From positions 138,315-202,314 of the forward strand of contig DATLLJ010000037.1 of the NCBI GenBank assembly GCA_035537875.1: DNA of 64,000 nt, written 5' to 3'. The translations under genes were made by a program, and so were the position numbers. Position 1 is the stretch's first letter; every line of letters begins with the position of its first letter. The notes under the pieces are model-generated. The model searched no databases. It was given only the letters and a program-made list of their open reading frames with translations, and was not told the DNA's origin. Origin of the DNA: Vicinamibacterales bacterium. GTDB lineage: Bacteria; Acidobacteriota; Vicinamibacteria; Vicinamibacterales; CAVVIG01. Below, piece by piece: positions 28,255-37,010 of the stretch.

Positions 28255-29579
28255 TGTCTGCCGATCCCGTGTTGATCGTCGGCGCCGGCCCGGCCGGCGC
28301 GACGGCAGCGCTCAGCCTCGCGAAGGCCGGGGTGCCGGTCCGCTTGATCGACCGGGCGTCTTTCCCACGGAACAAGCCCTGTGGTGGCGGAATCAGCGTG
28401 CGCGTTCGTCGCCGGTTCCCGTATCTGCAGGATGCCTTGCGTCGGATTCCGGTTCACGAGCTGTCGCGGCTCTACCTCGAAGGCCCTGACGGCGAATCGG
28501 CGCTGATTGAATCCGACGTGCCGGCGGCGTTGATGATCCGCCGGCTCGAGTTCGACGCGTTGCTCGTCTCTCTGGCGGTCGAGGCGGGCGCGGAACTGAT
28601 CGCCGGTGTTGACATTGTGCAGGCCGCCGAGGGCCCGGCCAACGGTCGGGGCCGCGGACGGATTGCCTTGACGGCGCGGGACGGCCGGCGGTTTGAATCG
28701 TCCACGCTGATCGCCGCCGATGGCGTCCACAGCGTCGTCGCACGGCGTCTCGGTTTGAATCGTGGATGGCCGTCGACGTCCGTGGCGCTCGACATGATGG
28801 AGGAGACGCCGCGCGGCCTGCTCCGCGACGTCGATCCGTCCACGCTGTGGGTGGCGTACGGCTTCGCGCCAAAGGATTCACAGTCGAGGCCGCATGAGGC
28901 AGGGGCGCCGCCGACCTCGCGCCGGTCGGCCGAACGCGAGGCGCCCGAGGGGTATGCTTACATCTTCCCGAAGCGGGATCACGTCAACATCGGCATCGGG
29001 TACGTGCTGTCGTACTTCAAAGACTCCGTGGACCAGGCCCCGTACGAGCTGCAGCGGGATTTCGTCGATCGCCTCCGCACGCGCGGTGTCGTCGTGGGCG
29101 ACTCCGTTCGCGCCAACTTCACGCCGTTTCTCATTCCGGTTGGCGGTCCGTTGCGCAGACCCGGGCGCCGCCGCGTGCTGCTGGCCGGCGACGCGGGCGG
29201 ATTCGTCAACGGATTCACGGCCGAGGGTATCTATTACGCGATGGTCTCCGGAGAGCTCGCTGCGAGAACAGTCTCCGCTTCCTGGCCATCGACGGCCGCC
29301 GACCTGTGCGAACCGTACCGTCGCGCCGTGGACCGGGAAATGGGGGCCGAGCTGCGCGATTCGGTGCTCGTCCAGCGCTATCTTTTCGGCGACCGGCGAC
29401 GGATCGCCGCGGCCATCTCGGCGGCGCCGCGCCAGCGCTCGATGACGAAGCTCATTCTCGATTTAGCCATCGGCCGGCGATCGTATGCTGACGTGCGCCG
29501 CCGCATGTTTGCCAGGGTGCCGGTTCTGGCGGCGCGGCTCCTGTGGCAGCGCACGCAACGGAACCTGGGAATTGGGTAA
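28254..29579 (+). CDS. Geranylgeranyl-reductase-family FAD-dependent oxidoreductase
   Basis: From ATG 28254 (TGATG overlap): MSADPVLIVGAGPAGATAALSLAKAG...KPCGGGIS...AGDAGGFVNGFTAEGIYYAM. Confidence 0.75.
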   Translation: MSADPVLIVGAGPAGATAALSLAKAGVPVRLIDRASFPRNKPCGGGISVRVRRRFPYLQDALRRIPVHELSRLYLEGPDGESALIESDVPAALMIRRLEFDALLVSLAVEAGAELIAGVDIVQAAEGPANGRGRGRIALTARDGRRFESSTLIAADGVHSVVARRLGLNRGWPSTSVALDMMEETPRGLLRDVDPSTLWVAYGFAPKDSQSRPHEAGAPPTSRRSAEREAPEGYAYIFPKRDHVNIGIGYVLSYFKDSVDQAPYELQRDFVDRLRTRGVVVGDSVRANFTPFLIPVGGPLRRPGRRRVLLAGDAGGFVNGFTAEGIYYAMVSGELAARTVSASWPSTAADLCEPYRRAVDREMGAELRDSVLVQRYLFGDRRRIAAAISAAPRQRSMTKLILDLAIGRRSYADVRRRMFARVPVLAARLLWQRTQRNLGIG

Positions 29580-29696
29580 TCGGGTAATCGGGTAATCTGG
29601 TAATTGATTGGACGATTGAGCGCGACTGATCACACAATCTCGCAGCCAATCATCCAATCAATTATCCAATTACCCGATTACCCAATTACCCGATTC
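29568..29696. repeat. Imperfect inverted repeat of about 130 bp whose arms are tandem GGGTAATC-type octamers
   Basis: Left arm is attgggtaatcgggtaatcgggtaatctggtaattgattggacgattg. The reverse complement of the right arm is atcgggtaattgggtaatcgggtaattggataattgattggatgattg (about 41/48 identical). The repeat spans the entire intergenic gap and includes the TAA stop at 29577. Confidence 0.85.
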
Positions 29697-29700
29697 ACGT

Positions 29701-30684
29701 ATGCCGACTATTAAGCGTACGAAGTTCAAGCTCACCTCCGAGCAGCTGCTCGAGATGTTCTACTGGCTGAAGCTGATTCGGGCGTTTGACGAGCGTCTCA
29801 GCATCCTCGTCCGGCAGGGCAAGGTCCGCAGCGGGGTCTATACCGGTATCGGTCAGGAAGCCATCATCGTCGGCACCTGCTTCGGGCTGCGGCGCGAGGA
29901 CTACATCTGCCCCCTGCATCGCGATCTCGGTTCGTTCCTGATGAAAGGAGTGGACCCGAAGGTGATGATGTCCCAGATGTTCGCCAAGACCACCGGCCTG
30001 TCGCAGGGGCGTGATTCTGCGCTGCACAGCGGGGTCAACGAGCTGGGGATCTTCGGCAATACGAGCATGCTCGGTGCGAATCTCCCCGTTGCGGCCGGCC
30101 TGGCGCTGACCTTCAAGATGGAAAAGACCGACAACGTCGTCGTCGCCTATTTCGGCGAAGGCGCGAGCAACGTCGGTGACTTTCACGAAGCGCTGAACTT
30201 CGCCGGCGTGCAGCATCTGCCGATTGTGTTCGTGTGCGAGAACAACCTCTACGCCTACTCGGTCCCGGTCGAGCGGAGCATGGCAATCGACGACGTTGCC
30301 GATCGGGCGGAGAGTTACGGTTTCGAGGGAGTGGCCATCAACGGCAATGACGTGCTGGCCGTCTATCAGTCGACGCAGGGTGCGCTCGCCCGGGCTCGAA
30401 ACGGTCACGGGCCCACGCTCATCGAGTGCAAGACCTACCGGTGGCACGGCCATTCTGAGCACGACAAGGCCTTCTATCGGACGGACGAAGAGCTGGCGAT
30501 GTGGAAGAGCCGCGATCCGATTCCAACCTTCACGACGTTCCTCCTGGCGCGGAACGTACTGTCAACCGAGAAGTTGAAGGAGGTCGAGCAACGCGTGACC
30601 GCGACCATCGACGAGGCCGTCGAGTTCGCGCTGAACGCACCGGATCCTGCGCCCGAGGAGGCCGTGAGGGATCTGTATGCCTAA
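29701..30684 (+). CDS. Thiamine-diphosphate-dependent 2-oxoacid dehydrogenase E1 component, alpha subunit
   Basis: GQEAIIVG...YFGEGASNVGDFHEALNFA...VFVCENNLYA...YRWHGHSEHD, 327 aa. Confidence 0.85.
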   Translation: MPTIKRTKFKLTSEQLLEMFYWLKLIRAFDERLSILVRQGKVRSGVYTGIGQEAIIVGTCFGLRREDYICPLHRDLGSFLMKGVDPKVMMSQMFAKTTGLSQGRDSALHSGVNELGIFGNTSMLGANLPVAAGLALTFKMEKTDNVVVAYFGEGASNVGDFHEALNFAGVQHLPIVFVCENNLYAYSVPVERSMAIDDVADRAESYGFEGVAINGNDVLAVYQSTQGALARARNGHGPTLIECKTYRWHGHSEHDKAFYRTDEELAMWKSRDPIPTFTTFLLARNVLSTEKLKEVEQRVTATIDEAVEFALNAPDPAPEEAVRDLYA

Positions 30685-31660
30685 GGAGCTCACCTACCTC
30701 GAAGCCATCCGCGAGGCACTGTTCGAAGAAATGCGGCGCGATCCGAAAGTATTCGTGCTCGGCGAAGACGTGGGCGAGTACGGCGGCGCCTTCGGCGTCA
30801 CACAGGGACTGTTCGAAGAGTTCGGCGATGCCCGGGTCATCGACACGCCGATATCGGAGTCGGCGATCGTCGGGATCAGCATCGGCGCCTCGCAGCGCGG
30901 TTACCGGCCCGTGGCCGAGATGCAGTTCGCCGATTTCATCTCGTGCGGCTTCGACCAGATCGTCAATCAGGCGGCCACACTCCGATACCGGTACGGCGGA
31001 CGGACAAGCGTGCCCATCGTCATCCGCGCGCCGAGCGGCGGGAACGTGGGCGGCGGGCTCTATCATTCACAGAATCCGGAAGCCTGGTTCATTCATCGTC
31101 CCGGGCTGAAGGTAGTGGCCCCCTCCACTGCATACGACGCGAAGGGTCTGCTCAAGGCGGCCATTCGCGACGACAACCCCGTCATCTACTTCGAGCACAA
31201 GTACCTCTACCGTCGCGCGAAGGGTACCGTGCCCGAAGGCGATGAGATTGTGCCCATCGGCGTGGCCGCCACGCGCCGCGAGGGGGACGACATCACGCTC
31301 TTGACGTACGGTGCGATGGTCGCTCCGTCACTCGAAGCAGCTGACCGGCTGTCGAAGGACGGCGTAGAGGTCGAAGTGATCGATCTGCGGACGCTGTCCC
31401 CGTTCGACAAGGATGCGATTCTGCAATCGGTCGAGAAAACCAGTCGTGCGCTCGTTGTCCATGAGGACGTGCGGACGCTCGGGATCGGAGCTGAGCTGTC
31501 GGCCGTCATCACCGAAGAGCGGTTCGACTCGCTCGACGCACCGGTGATGCGGCTCACCTATCCCGACACACATCAGCCGTTCTCGCATGTCCTCGAGTCG
31601 TACAATCTGCCTGACGTCGACAAGATAACCACCGCCCTGCGCAGGCTCGCCGCGTACTAG
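30677..31660 (+). CDS. 2-oxoacid dehydrogenase E1 component, beta subunit
   Basis: LTYLEAIREAL...VFVLGEDVGEYGGAFGVT...DTPISE...RPVAEMQFADF...VVHED, 327 aa. 8-nt overlap with the alpha subunit gene. Confidence 0.85.
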   Translation: MPKELTYLEAIREALFEEMRRDPKVFVLGEDVGEYGGAFGVTQGLFEEFGDARVIDTPISESAIVGISIGASQRGYRPVAEMQFADFISCGFDQIVNQAATLRYRYGGRTSVPIVIRAPSGGNVGGGLYHSQNPEAWFIHRPGLKVVAPSTAYDAKGLLKAAIRDDNPVIYFEHKYLYRRAKGTVPEGDEIVPIGVAATRREGDDITLLTYGAMVAPSLEAADRLSKDGVEVEVIDLRTLSPFDKDAILQSVEKTSRALVVHEDVRTLGIGAELSAVITEERFDSLDAPVMRLTYPDTHQPFSHVLESYNLPDVDKITTALRRLAAY

Positions 31661-31724
31661 TGCCGATTGCCTGTCCAGAGCGGTGTCCAGTTCCGCATAA
31701 CGGATCGTCGCTGGTCCCTTGGCC

Positions 31725-32642
31725 TTATCCAGGCCCGGAGCCAAAGATCGCGGCGAGGGCCGTCTCGACCCGGCGGTACTTGAATGAAAAGCCGAGCGCG
31801 TCGGCTTTGGACGGCACGGCGCGCTGGCCGGTCAGGAGCAGACCGTCGGCCATCTCACCGAGCATCAGGCGCAGCGCGAACGCCGGCGTCGGGATCAAGG
31901 AGGGCCGGTGGAGCGCGCGGCCGAGCTCGCGCGCAAACACGGCGTTTGTCACCGGCTCCGGCCCCGTCGCGTTCACCGCCCCGGTGACCTGGTCATGTCG
32001 AACTATCCACTCGATGAGGCCGAGCCAGTCCTCACGGTGAATCCACGGCCAGTACTGCCGGCCCGAACCGAGTGGTCCGCCGGCGCCGATCTTGAAAGGC
32101 AGAAGCATCGCCGAAAGCGCACCGCCGTCGCGGGCGAGTACCAACCCCGTGCGAATGCAAACGACGCGGGTCCTGGAACTGACAGCCCGGCGAGCTTCGG
32201 TTTCCCACTGCATGCACACGTCTGCGAGAAAATCCGAGCCGGCCGGCGTCTCCTCGGTCACGATGTCGTCCCCATGCGGCCCGTAGAACCCCACGGCTGA
32301 TCCGCTCACGAACGTGTGCGGACGCCGCGAGGCGCGCTCGACTGCCGCGACGAGACTGCGCGTCGCACGGATACGACTCTCGAGAATCCGCTGCTTCTGC
32401 TCCGGGGACCAGCGCCGGCCGGCGATCGATTCGCCGGCGAGATTGACGACCACGTCTGACCCGTCGATTTCGCCCACCCAGCCGGTGGGATTGCCGTCCG
32501 GTGACCAGGTGATCGTGCGGTGCTGCGCCTGCCTCGGCTGGTCGCCTCGCGTGAGGACCACGACCTCGTGCCCTTCAGCAGTCAGGCTTGCCGCCAGAGG
32601 TCGGCCCAGAAATCCTGTTCCACCGGCGATGACGACCTTCAC
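31725..32642 (-). CDS. TIGR01777/YfcH-like NAD-dependent epimerase/dehydratase family protein (SDR with DUF1731-like C-terminus)
   Basis: GTG start, (M)KVVIAGGTGFLGRPLAASL, 305 aa. Confidence 0.7.
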   Translation of the reverse strand: MKVVIAGGTGFLGRPLAASLTAEGHEVVVLTRGDQPRQAQHRTITWSPDGNPTGWVGEIDGSDVVVNLAGESIAGRRWSPEQKQRILESRIRATRSLVAAVERASRRPHTFVSGSAVGFYGPHGDDIVTEETPAGSDFLADVCMQWETEARRAVSSRTRVVCIRTGLVLARDGGALSAMLLPFKIGAGGPLGSGRQYWPWIHREDWLGLIEWIVRHDQVTGAVNATGPEPVTNAVFARELGRALHRPSLIPTPAFALRLMLGEMADGLLLTGQRAVPSKADALGFSFKYRRVETALAAIFGSGPG

Positions 32643-32705
32643 GTCGTGGCTCTGCTCGTAGGGTATGCGATTTTCGAGGATTTGGCAGCGCTTGGAGGGC
32701 TGGCT

Positions 32706-33845
32706 TCAGAACGTGCGCCGCGCCACCCACTCCCGCAGCAGGGAATCGACGACGAGATAACGATCGCCTTCGCGGCTGATCAGATCCTCTCGGAGCAGGG
32801 AGCTGAGGGCGTACTGCACGCTCGACGCGCCGCCCAGCCGATGACGTTCGCGCACGTCGGCGGACAGCAGTTCCGTGCCTTCCTCCAGCACGACCGCGCG
32901 TAGAACGCCGCGTTGAGGCAGCGTCAGCCGTTGCCACGCCGCTTCGAACATCGTCTGGTGTTCCACGAGCAGGCGGCGGAGTGCCTGGTGAAGATCGTCG
33001 AGGGTGGCGCGGCGCCGGCCGCCGCTGCGGACCTCGTCCCACGTTTCGTGCGCGAGCCGCTGGACGTCATATGGAAGATTCCCGGCCAGATCGACGATGG
33101 CTGCGCCGAGCCCGGGCTCAGGCTTGACACCAGAACGTTGAAATCGCGAGTCGAGAAACGCGGCGAATTCGTCGGCGGGAATCTTCGCCAGACGGAGGAC
33201 GGGTCCTGCTTTGTAGAACGGTCGCCTGGGACCGAGCATCCGCTCCATGAGACTTGGTTCCGAGCCGGCGAAGACGTAGCCCACTTCACGCTGGTGCTGC
33301 ACGGCGGCTCGCAGCGCGTGCTCGACCGTGCCGCCGTTGAAGCCGCCGATCGCCTGGAACTCGTCGAGGGCGACGACGACCCGCTGCCCCCGGCTGTCGG
33401 CCAGCCGGGCGGGAAGCGCGAAGACCTCCTGCGCCAGCCTCGAGATCTCCCGGTCGGTGCGGGCCGTCGGAAAGGACACGGAGAGGCCGCCGAGCGCGCC
33501 AGCTTCCGTCCGCACTTCGGCGCGGGCCGATCGGACGGCCGTGCGCAGCCAGTCGCGCGCCTGGTCGCGCCTCGTCTCGGCCGAAGCGATCGCGCGCGCG
33601 TATCCCTCGAGAAACGCGACATACGAGCTGAAACTGCTGACGGTCACGTCGATCGCGAGGGCGCCCCGGCGCGTCATCGCCGCCAGGGCGTGCCGGATGA
33701 GCGAGGACTTGCCGTACCGCCGAGGAGAAATCAGAAACACCTTCTGTCCCGCAGCGAGATCGGCGACCAGCCGATCGAGCTCGACGACGCGGTCGGCGAA
33801 GGCGGGCGCCGGCACCACTTCGCCGTACACGAAAGGATTCTGCAT
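32706..33845 (-). CDS. Orphan P-loop ATPase (archaeal-ATPase/ATPase_2-like) with a C-terminal winged-helix-like domain
   Basis: Walker A in FLISPRRYGKSSLI and Walker B-like VVVALDEFQ. C-terminus LPQRGVLRAVV...YALSSLLREDLISREGDRY. Confidence 0.65.
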   Translation of the reverse strand: MQNPFVYGEVVPAPAFADRVVELDRLVADLAAGQKVFLISPRRYGKSSLIRHALAAMTRRGALAIDVTVSSFSSYVAFLEGYARAIASAETRRDQARDWLRTAVRSARAEVRTEAGALGGLSVSFPTARTDREISRLAQEVFALPARLADSRGQRVVVALDEFQAIGGFNGGTVEHALRAAVQHQREVGYVFAGSEPSLMERMLGPRRPFYKAGPVLRLAKIPADEFAAFLDSRFQRSGVKPEPGLGAAIVDLAGNLPYDVQRLAHETWDEVRSGGRRRATLDDLHQALRRLLVEHQTMFEAAWQRLTLPQRGVLRAVVLEEGTELLSADVRERHRLGGASSVQYALSSLLREDLISREGDRYLVVDSLLREWVARRTF

Positions 33846-33882
33846 TACGGTAATAGCTATAACCGATACGGATTATACCGTA
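33844..33882. promoter_or_regulatory. AT-rich patch with inverted repeat TTACGGTA...TACCGTAA at the ATPase gene start
   Basis: attacggtaatagctataaccgatacggattataccgtaacg. Its composition stands out against the GC-rich surroundings. Confidence 0.3.
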
Positions 33883-33885
33883 ACG

Positions 33886-35148
33886 TCAGTAATACCGCGG
33901 CGGCAGATCGAGAATGACGCGGCGTCGCACCAGCTCCGCCAGATCGGGCGGGACCTCGCCCGCGGCCAGCCGGGCGAGCGACCGAGCGTCGACGACGGCT
34001 TCGTCGGGCAGGTATTCACGGCAGGCGCCGAACTCGTCCGCGTAGTCTTCGGACGGGAACCGCAGGCGGAGGCGGACGCGGCTGCCGTCGGGGGAAGCCG
34101 TGTAGAGCGGGTTCACGCGCAGCTCGCCGCGGGTTCCAGGGCCGGCGTCGACCGAGTGAGCCCTGAAGATCTCCAGGCTCGCCGCGCCTCGTCCGGCCAC
34201 GATCGAAAGTGCCGGATCGCCGTCGAGCACGGCCGGAGGGTCGCGGCGGCCAAGATCGAGCGGACCACCCTTGACGACGTCGGCGAAGAGGGCGGATTCG
34301 GCGAAGAGGCGGGCGTCCAGCGTTTCGAACAGGTCGAGGTAGCCGACCGGCGGCAGCGGGTTTCCGTGAGAAGGGCTCCACACCGCCGCGTTATGCGCGT
34401 GACTGACCACCACGGCTCCAGGGACCGTGGGATCGGGAGCGTCGATCAGTCGGGCCATCTCCTGAATAAGCTGTCGTTTCGTCCAAATGAACATGAAGGC
34501 ATCGGCGCACATGGCGAAGCGGAAGGCGCCGCGCGCGAACGGCAACGGCCCGTTGGCGTCGCAGCAGACCGCTTCGCAGCCGGGCGCGGTGAATCGCCGC
34601 GCGAGCCAGATCTTGGAAAAATACAGATCGGCCAGGACCGGCAACGGCGAGGAGAGATCCGCCAGCGAACGCGTCAGGTGTCCCGTCCCTCCGCAGAGAT
34701 CGATGGCCCGTCCTCCTCCGCGAAGGGCGGTTTTGGCCACGGCGCGAACGAGTGAGTGGGCGACAACGTAACTGGGGTCGGAGAAACGATAGAGAAAGTA
34801 TCCGCCTTCGGGGCTGGGGTCGAGCGCCTGGACGAGTTCGCGAAACGTCACTGTCTCCGACAAGGCCATCTCATCGAAGCGCGCAGCGCGCTCCTCGGTC
34901 TGGAGATTGAGCATGAGGCGGCGCGCGAGCTCTGGACGGCCGGACTCGATGTGCGCCCGTGCGGCCACCGACGTGCCTTCGAGATGCATGACGGGAATGC
35001 CGTCGACGATGCCGAAGATGCAACAGTGGCAGCCGAGGATGCCGTCGAGGATTTCGTCACCGTCGCGGCGGTGAAACAGCGAGTCGACCAGACCGAGCCG
35101 ACCGCCGCAGTAGGGGCACCGGAGAATCTCCAGGCTGGCCAGGTGCAT
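33886..35148 (-). CDS. Trm112-like zinc-ribbon fused to a class I SAM-dependent methyltransferase
   Basis: LRCPYCGGRL...LGCHCCIFGIVDGIPVM, then SAM motif I AIDLCGGTGHLT. 420 aa. Its start is 1 nt after the stop of the upstream PIG-L gene. Confidence 0.7.
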   Translation of the reverse strand: MHLASLEILRCPYCGGRLGLVDSLFHRRDGDEILDGILGCHCCIFGIVDGIPVMHLEGTSVAARAHIESGRPELARRLMLNLQTEERAARFDEMALSETVTFRELVQALDPSPEGGYFLYRFSDPSYVVAHSLVRAVAKTALRGGGRAIDLCGGTGHLTRSLADLSSPLPVLADLYFSKIWLARRFTAPGCEAVCCDANGPLPFARGAFRFAMCADAFMFIWTKRQLIQEMARLIDAPDPTVPGAVVVSHAHNAAVWSPSHGNPLPPVGYLDLFETLDARLFAESALFADVVKGGPLDLGRRDPPAVLDGDPALSIVAGRGAASLEIFRAHSVDAGPGTRGELRVNPLYTASPDGSRVRLRLRFPSEDYADEFGACREYLPDEAVVDARSLARLAAGEVPPDLAELVRRRVILDLPPRYY

Positions 35149-35149
35149 C

Positions 35150-35956
35150 TCAGCTCCGCCGTCTCTTGATCAAAGGTTCACCGAGAGGCTCCAGCAAGGC
35201 ACACCCCGAGTGTGGACGCGCCCGGCGGAACTGCTCCGACCCGAGAAGCCGCTGCGCGTCCGCCTGGTTGATCCGACCGAACGGATCGCTGGCGCCCACC
35301 TGCGTCTGATGGCACAGCAGCGCCGCCACTTTCCGCGGGACCCAGGGGGTGACATCCACGATGAACGAAGGGCGCCGTGCCACGATGCCGAATGCGTTTG
35401 GCACGATACTCCAGAAGCCGGATGAAGGCCGTGACCAGCCGCCGGCGACGGCCGCCTCCACGATGCCGTGCATGACCCCTTTGGGCATTGTGACGTAATA
35501 GAGCGACGGCGCTGCATCGCCGAGCGACCGGACTGCAGTCATCGTCCGTTCGTGCACACCGATGTGATCGAGGTGCCAGTACAGTCCGTCCTCAGCGAAG
35601 GTGATGACGGCATCGACGCCGTAGTCACGGATCGCTGCGACGATCTCAGCGTGCAGCTCTGGCACGTCGGCCCATCGTAGATCGCCGTCGGGGTGATCGC
35701 GCATGATCACCTCGGCCACGCCAAGCACTCTTGCGGCTTCGTGAAGCTCCGCCGCCCGTGCCCGTCCGAGGTCGCCGTCTGGCACCAGCGCCGGGTCGCT
35801 GACCCATCCCCGTCTGCCGTAGGACGCACAGAGCAGCACCACACGGGCTCCGGCATCCGACAGACGCGCAAGCGTGCCGCCGCACGCGAGGGACTCATCG
35901 TCTGGATGCGCGAACACGGCGAGCACGGTCCGGCCGCTGAAATCAGCCGCGGCCAT
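35150..35956 (-). CDS. PIG-L/LmbE family deacetylase
   Basis: From ATG 35956: MAAADFSGRTVLAVFAHPDDESLACGG...HPDGDL...HLDH. 14-nt overlap with the GT4 gene. Confidence 0.8.
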   Translation of the reverse strand: MAAADFSGRTVLAVFAHPDDESLACGGTLARLSDAGARVVLLCASYGRRGWVSDPALVPDGDLGRARAAELHEAARVLGVAEVIMRDHPDGDLRWADVPELHAEIVAAIRDYGVDAVITFAEDGLYWHLDHIGVHERTMTAVRSLGDAAPSLYYVTMPKGVMHGIVEAAVAGGWSRPSSGFWSIVPNAFGIVARRPSFIVDVTPWVPRKVAALLCHQTQVGASDPFGRINQADAQRLLGSEQFRRARPHSGCALLEPLGEPLIKRRRS

Positions 35957-37010
35957 GATTCGCCCCCACGAGCCGCCGGTACACCGCTTCATACTGCTCG
36001 ACCATGCGATCGACGCCGAAGCGGGCCACCGCGCGATCGCGCACCTTTCGGCGATCGAGTCCGAATACCCGCGAAAGCCCGGCGGCCATCCCTTCCTCGT
36101 TCTCGAACACCATCCCCGTGACCCCGTCGTCGACAATCTCGCGCACGGCACCGCAATCGAGTGCCGCCACCGGGGTCCCGCAGGCCATGGCTTCCGCCAG
36201 GACGAGCCCGAACGGTTCGGGCGTCTGGACCGGGTAAAGCAAGGCGCGCGCGCCGCCGAGCAGATTCACCTTGGCAGAGTAATCCGCTTCTCCGGCAAAG
36301 ACGATCTGCGCGCCATCGACGAGGGGCGAGACGACCGTGCGGTAATACTCGTTCTCGGCCGCAGCCAGAATCAGGCGCGTGCCAGTGGTCCTCGCGATGT
36401 CGATGGCTTGAAGCACCCCCTTGCCCTCGGTGAACCGACCGAGAAACAGCAGGTAGTCGTCCGGGTCTGGCCGAAACGCGAGCGCGTTCGTGTCCACCGC
36501 ATGCAGAACGGTGCCGACGATGTTGAGGCCTTGCATCAGCCGGGCCTGTTCCGATGAGATCGCGACGAAGGCCGCTTCCGGATATTTCGACCACAAACCC
36601 ACTTCGTTGGGCGCGGGAGAGTAGTGCAGCGTTTGGAGGACGGGAGCGCGGGCGAGCCGGACGAATGCCAGCGCCATCGGGTAGTACTCGGCTTCGTAGT
36701 GGACGAGGTCGAAGTCCGCCGATCGTTCGATCGCTGCGGCGAGGTTCAAGAGCTCATAGAACTCCCATGGCCACATCTGCGGATCGTGGCTGTACCCGTG
36801 CGGGTAGATGGCGTGCAGGCGGGCCTGGGTCAAGGAGTCGCCGGTCGCGAAGAGCGTGACGTCGTGACCGCGCGCGACGAGACCCTCCGTGAGCAGCGAC
36901 GTCATGGTCTCGACAGAGCCCGAACGTGGCGGAGGAATCGTCGTCGAGACCGGCGCAATGTGCGCGATCCGCAGAACCTGCCGATCGCGGGCCTGCCGCT
37001 GGCGGCTCAT
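35943..37010 (-). CDS. Family 4 (GT-B) glycosyltransferase
   Basis: From ATG 37010: ...LRIAHIAPVSTTIPPPRSGSVE...FLGRFTEGKG...PEPFGLVLAEAMACGTPV. ATGA overlap with the upstream gene. Confidence 0.8.
   Translation of the reverse strand: MSRQRQARDRQVLRIAHIAPVSTTIPPPRSGSVETMTSLLTEGLVARGHDVTLFATGDSLTQARLHAIYPHGYSHDPQMWPWEFYELLNLAAAIERSADFDLVHYEAEYYPMALAFVRLARAPVLQTLHYSPAPNEVGLWSKYPEAAFVAISSEQARLMQGLNIVGTVLHAVDTNALAFRPDPDDYLLFLGRFTEGKGVLQAIDIARTTGTRLILAAAENEYYRTVVSPLVDGAQIVFAGEADYSAKVNLLGGARALLYPVQTPEPFGLVLAEAMACGTPVAALDCGAVREIVDDGVTGMVFENEEGMAAGLSRVFGLDRRKVRDRAVARFGVDRMVEQYEAVYRRLVGANHGRG

Noticed and set aside
29568-29696. Possibility that the octamer repeats are a CRISPR array
   Set aside because: The repeat period is 8 nt with no spacers, the element is one palindrome, and no cas genes are nearby.
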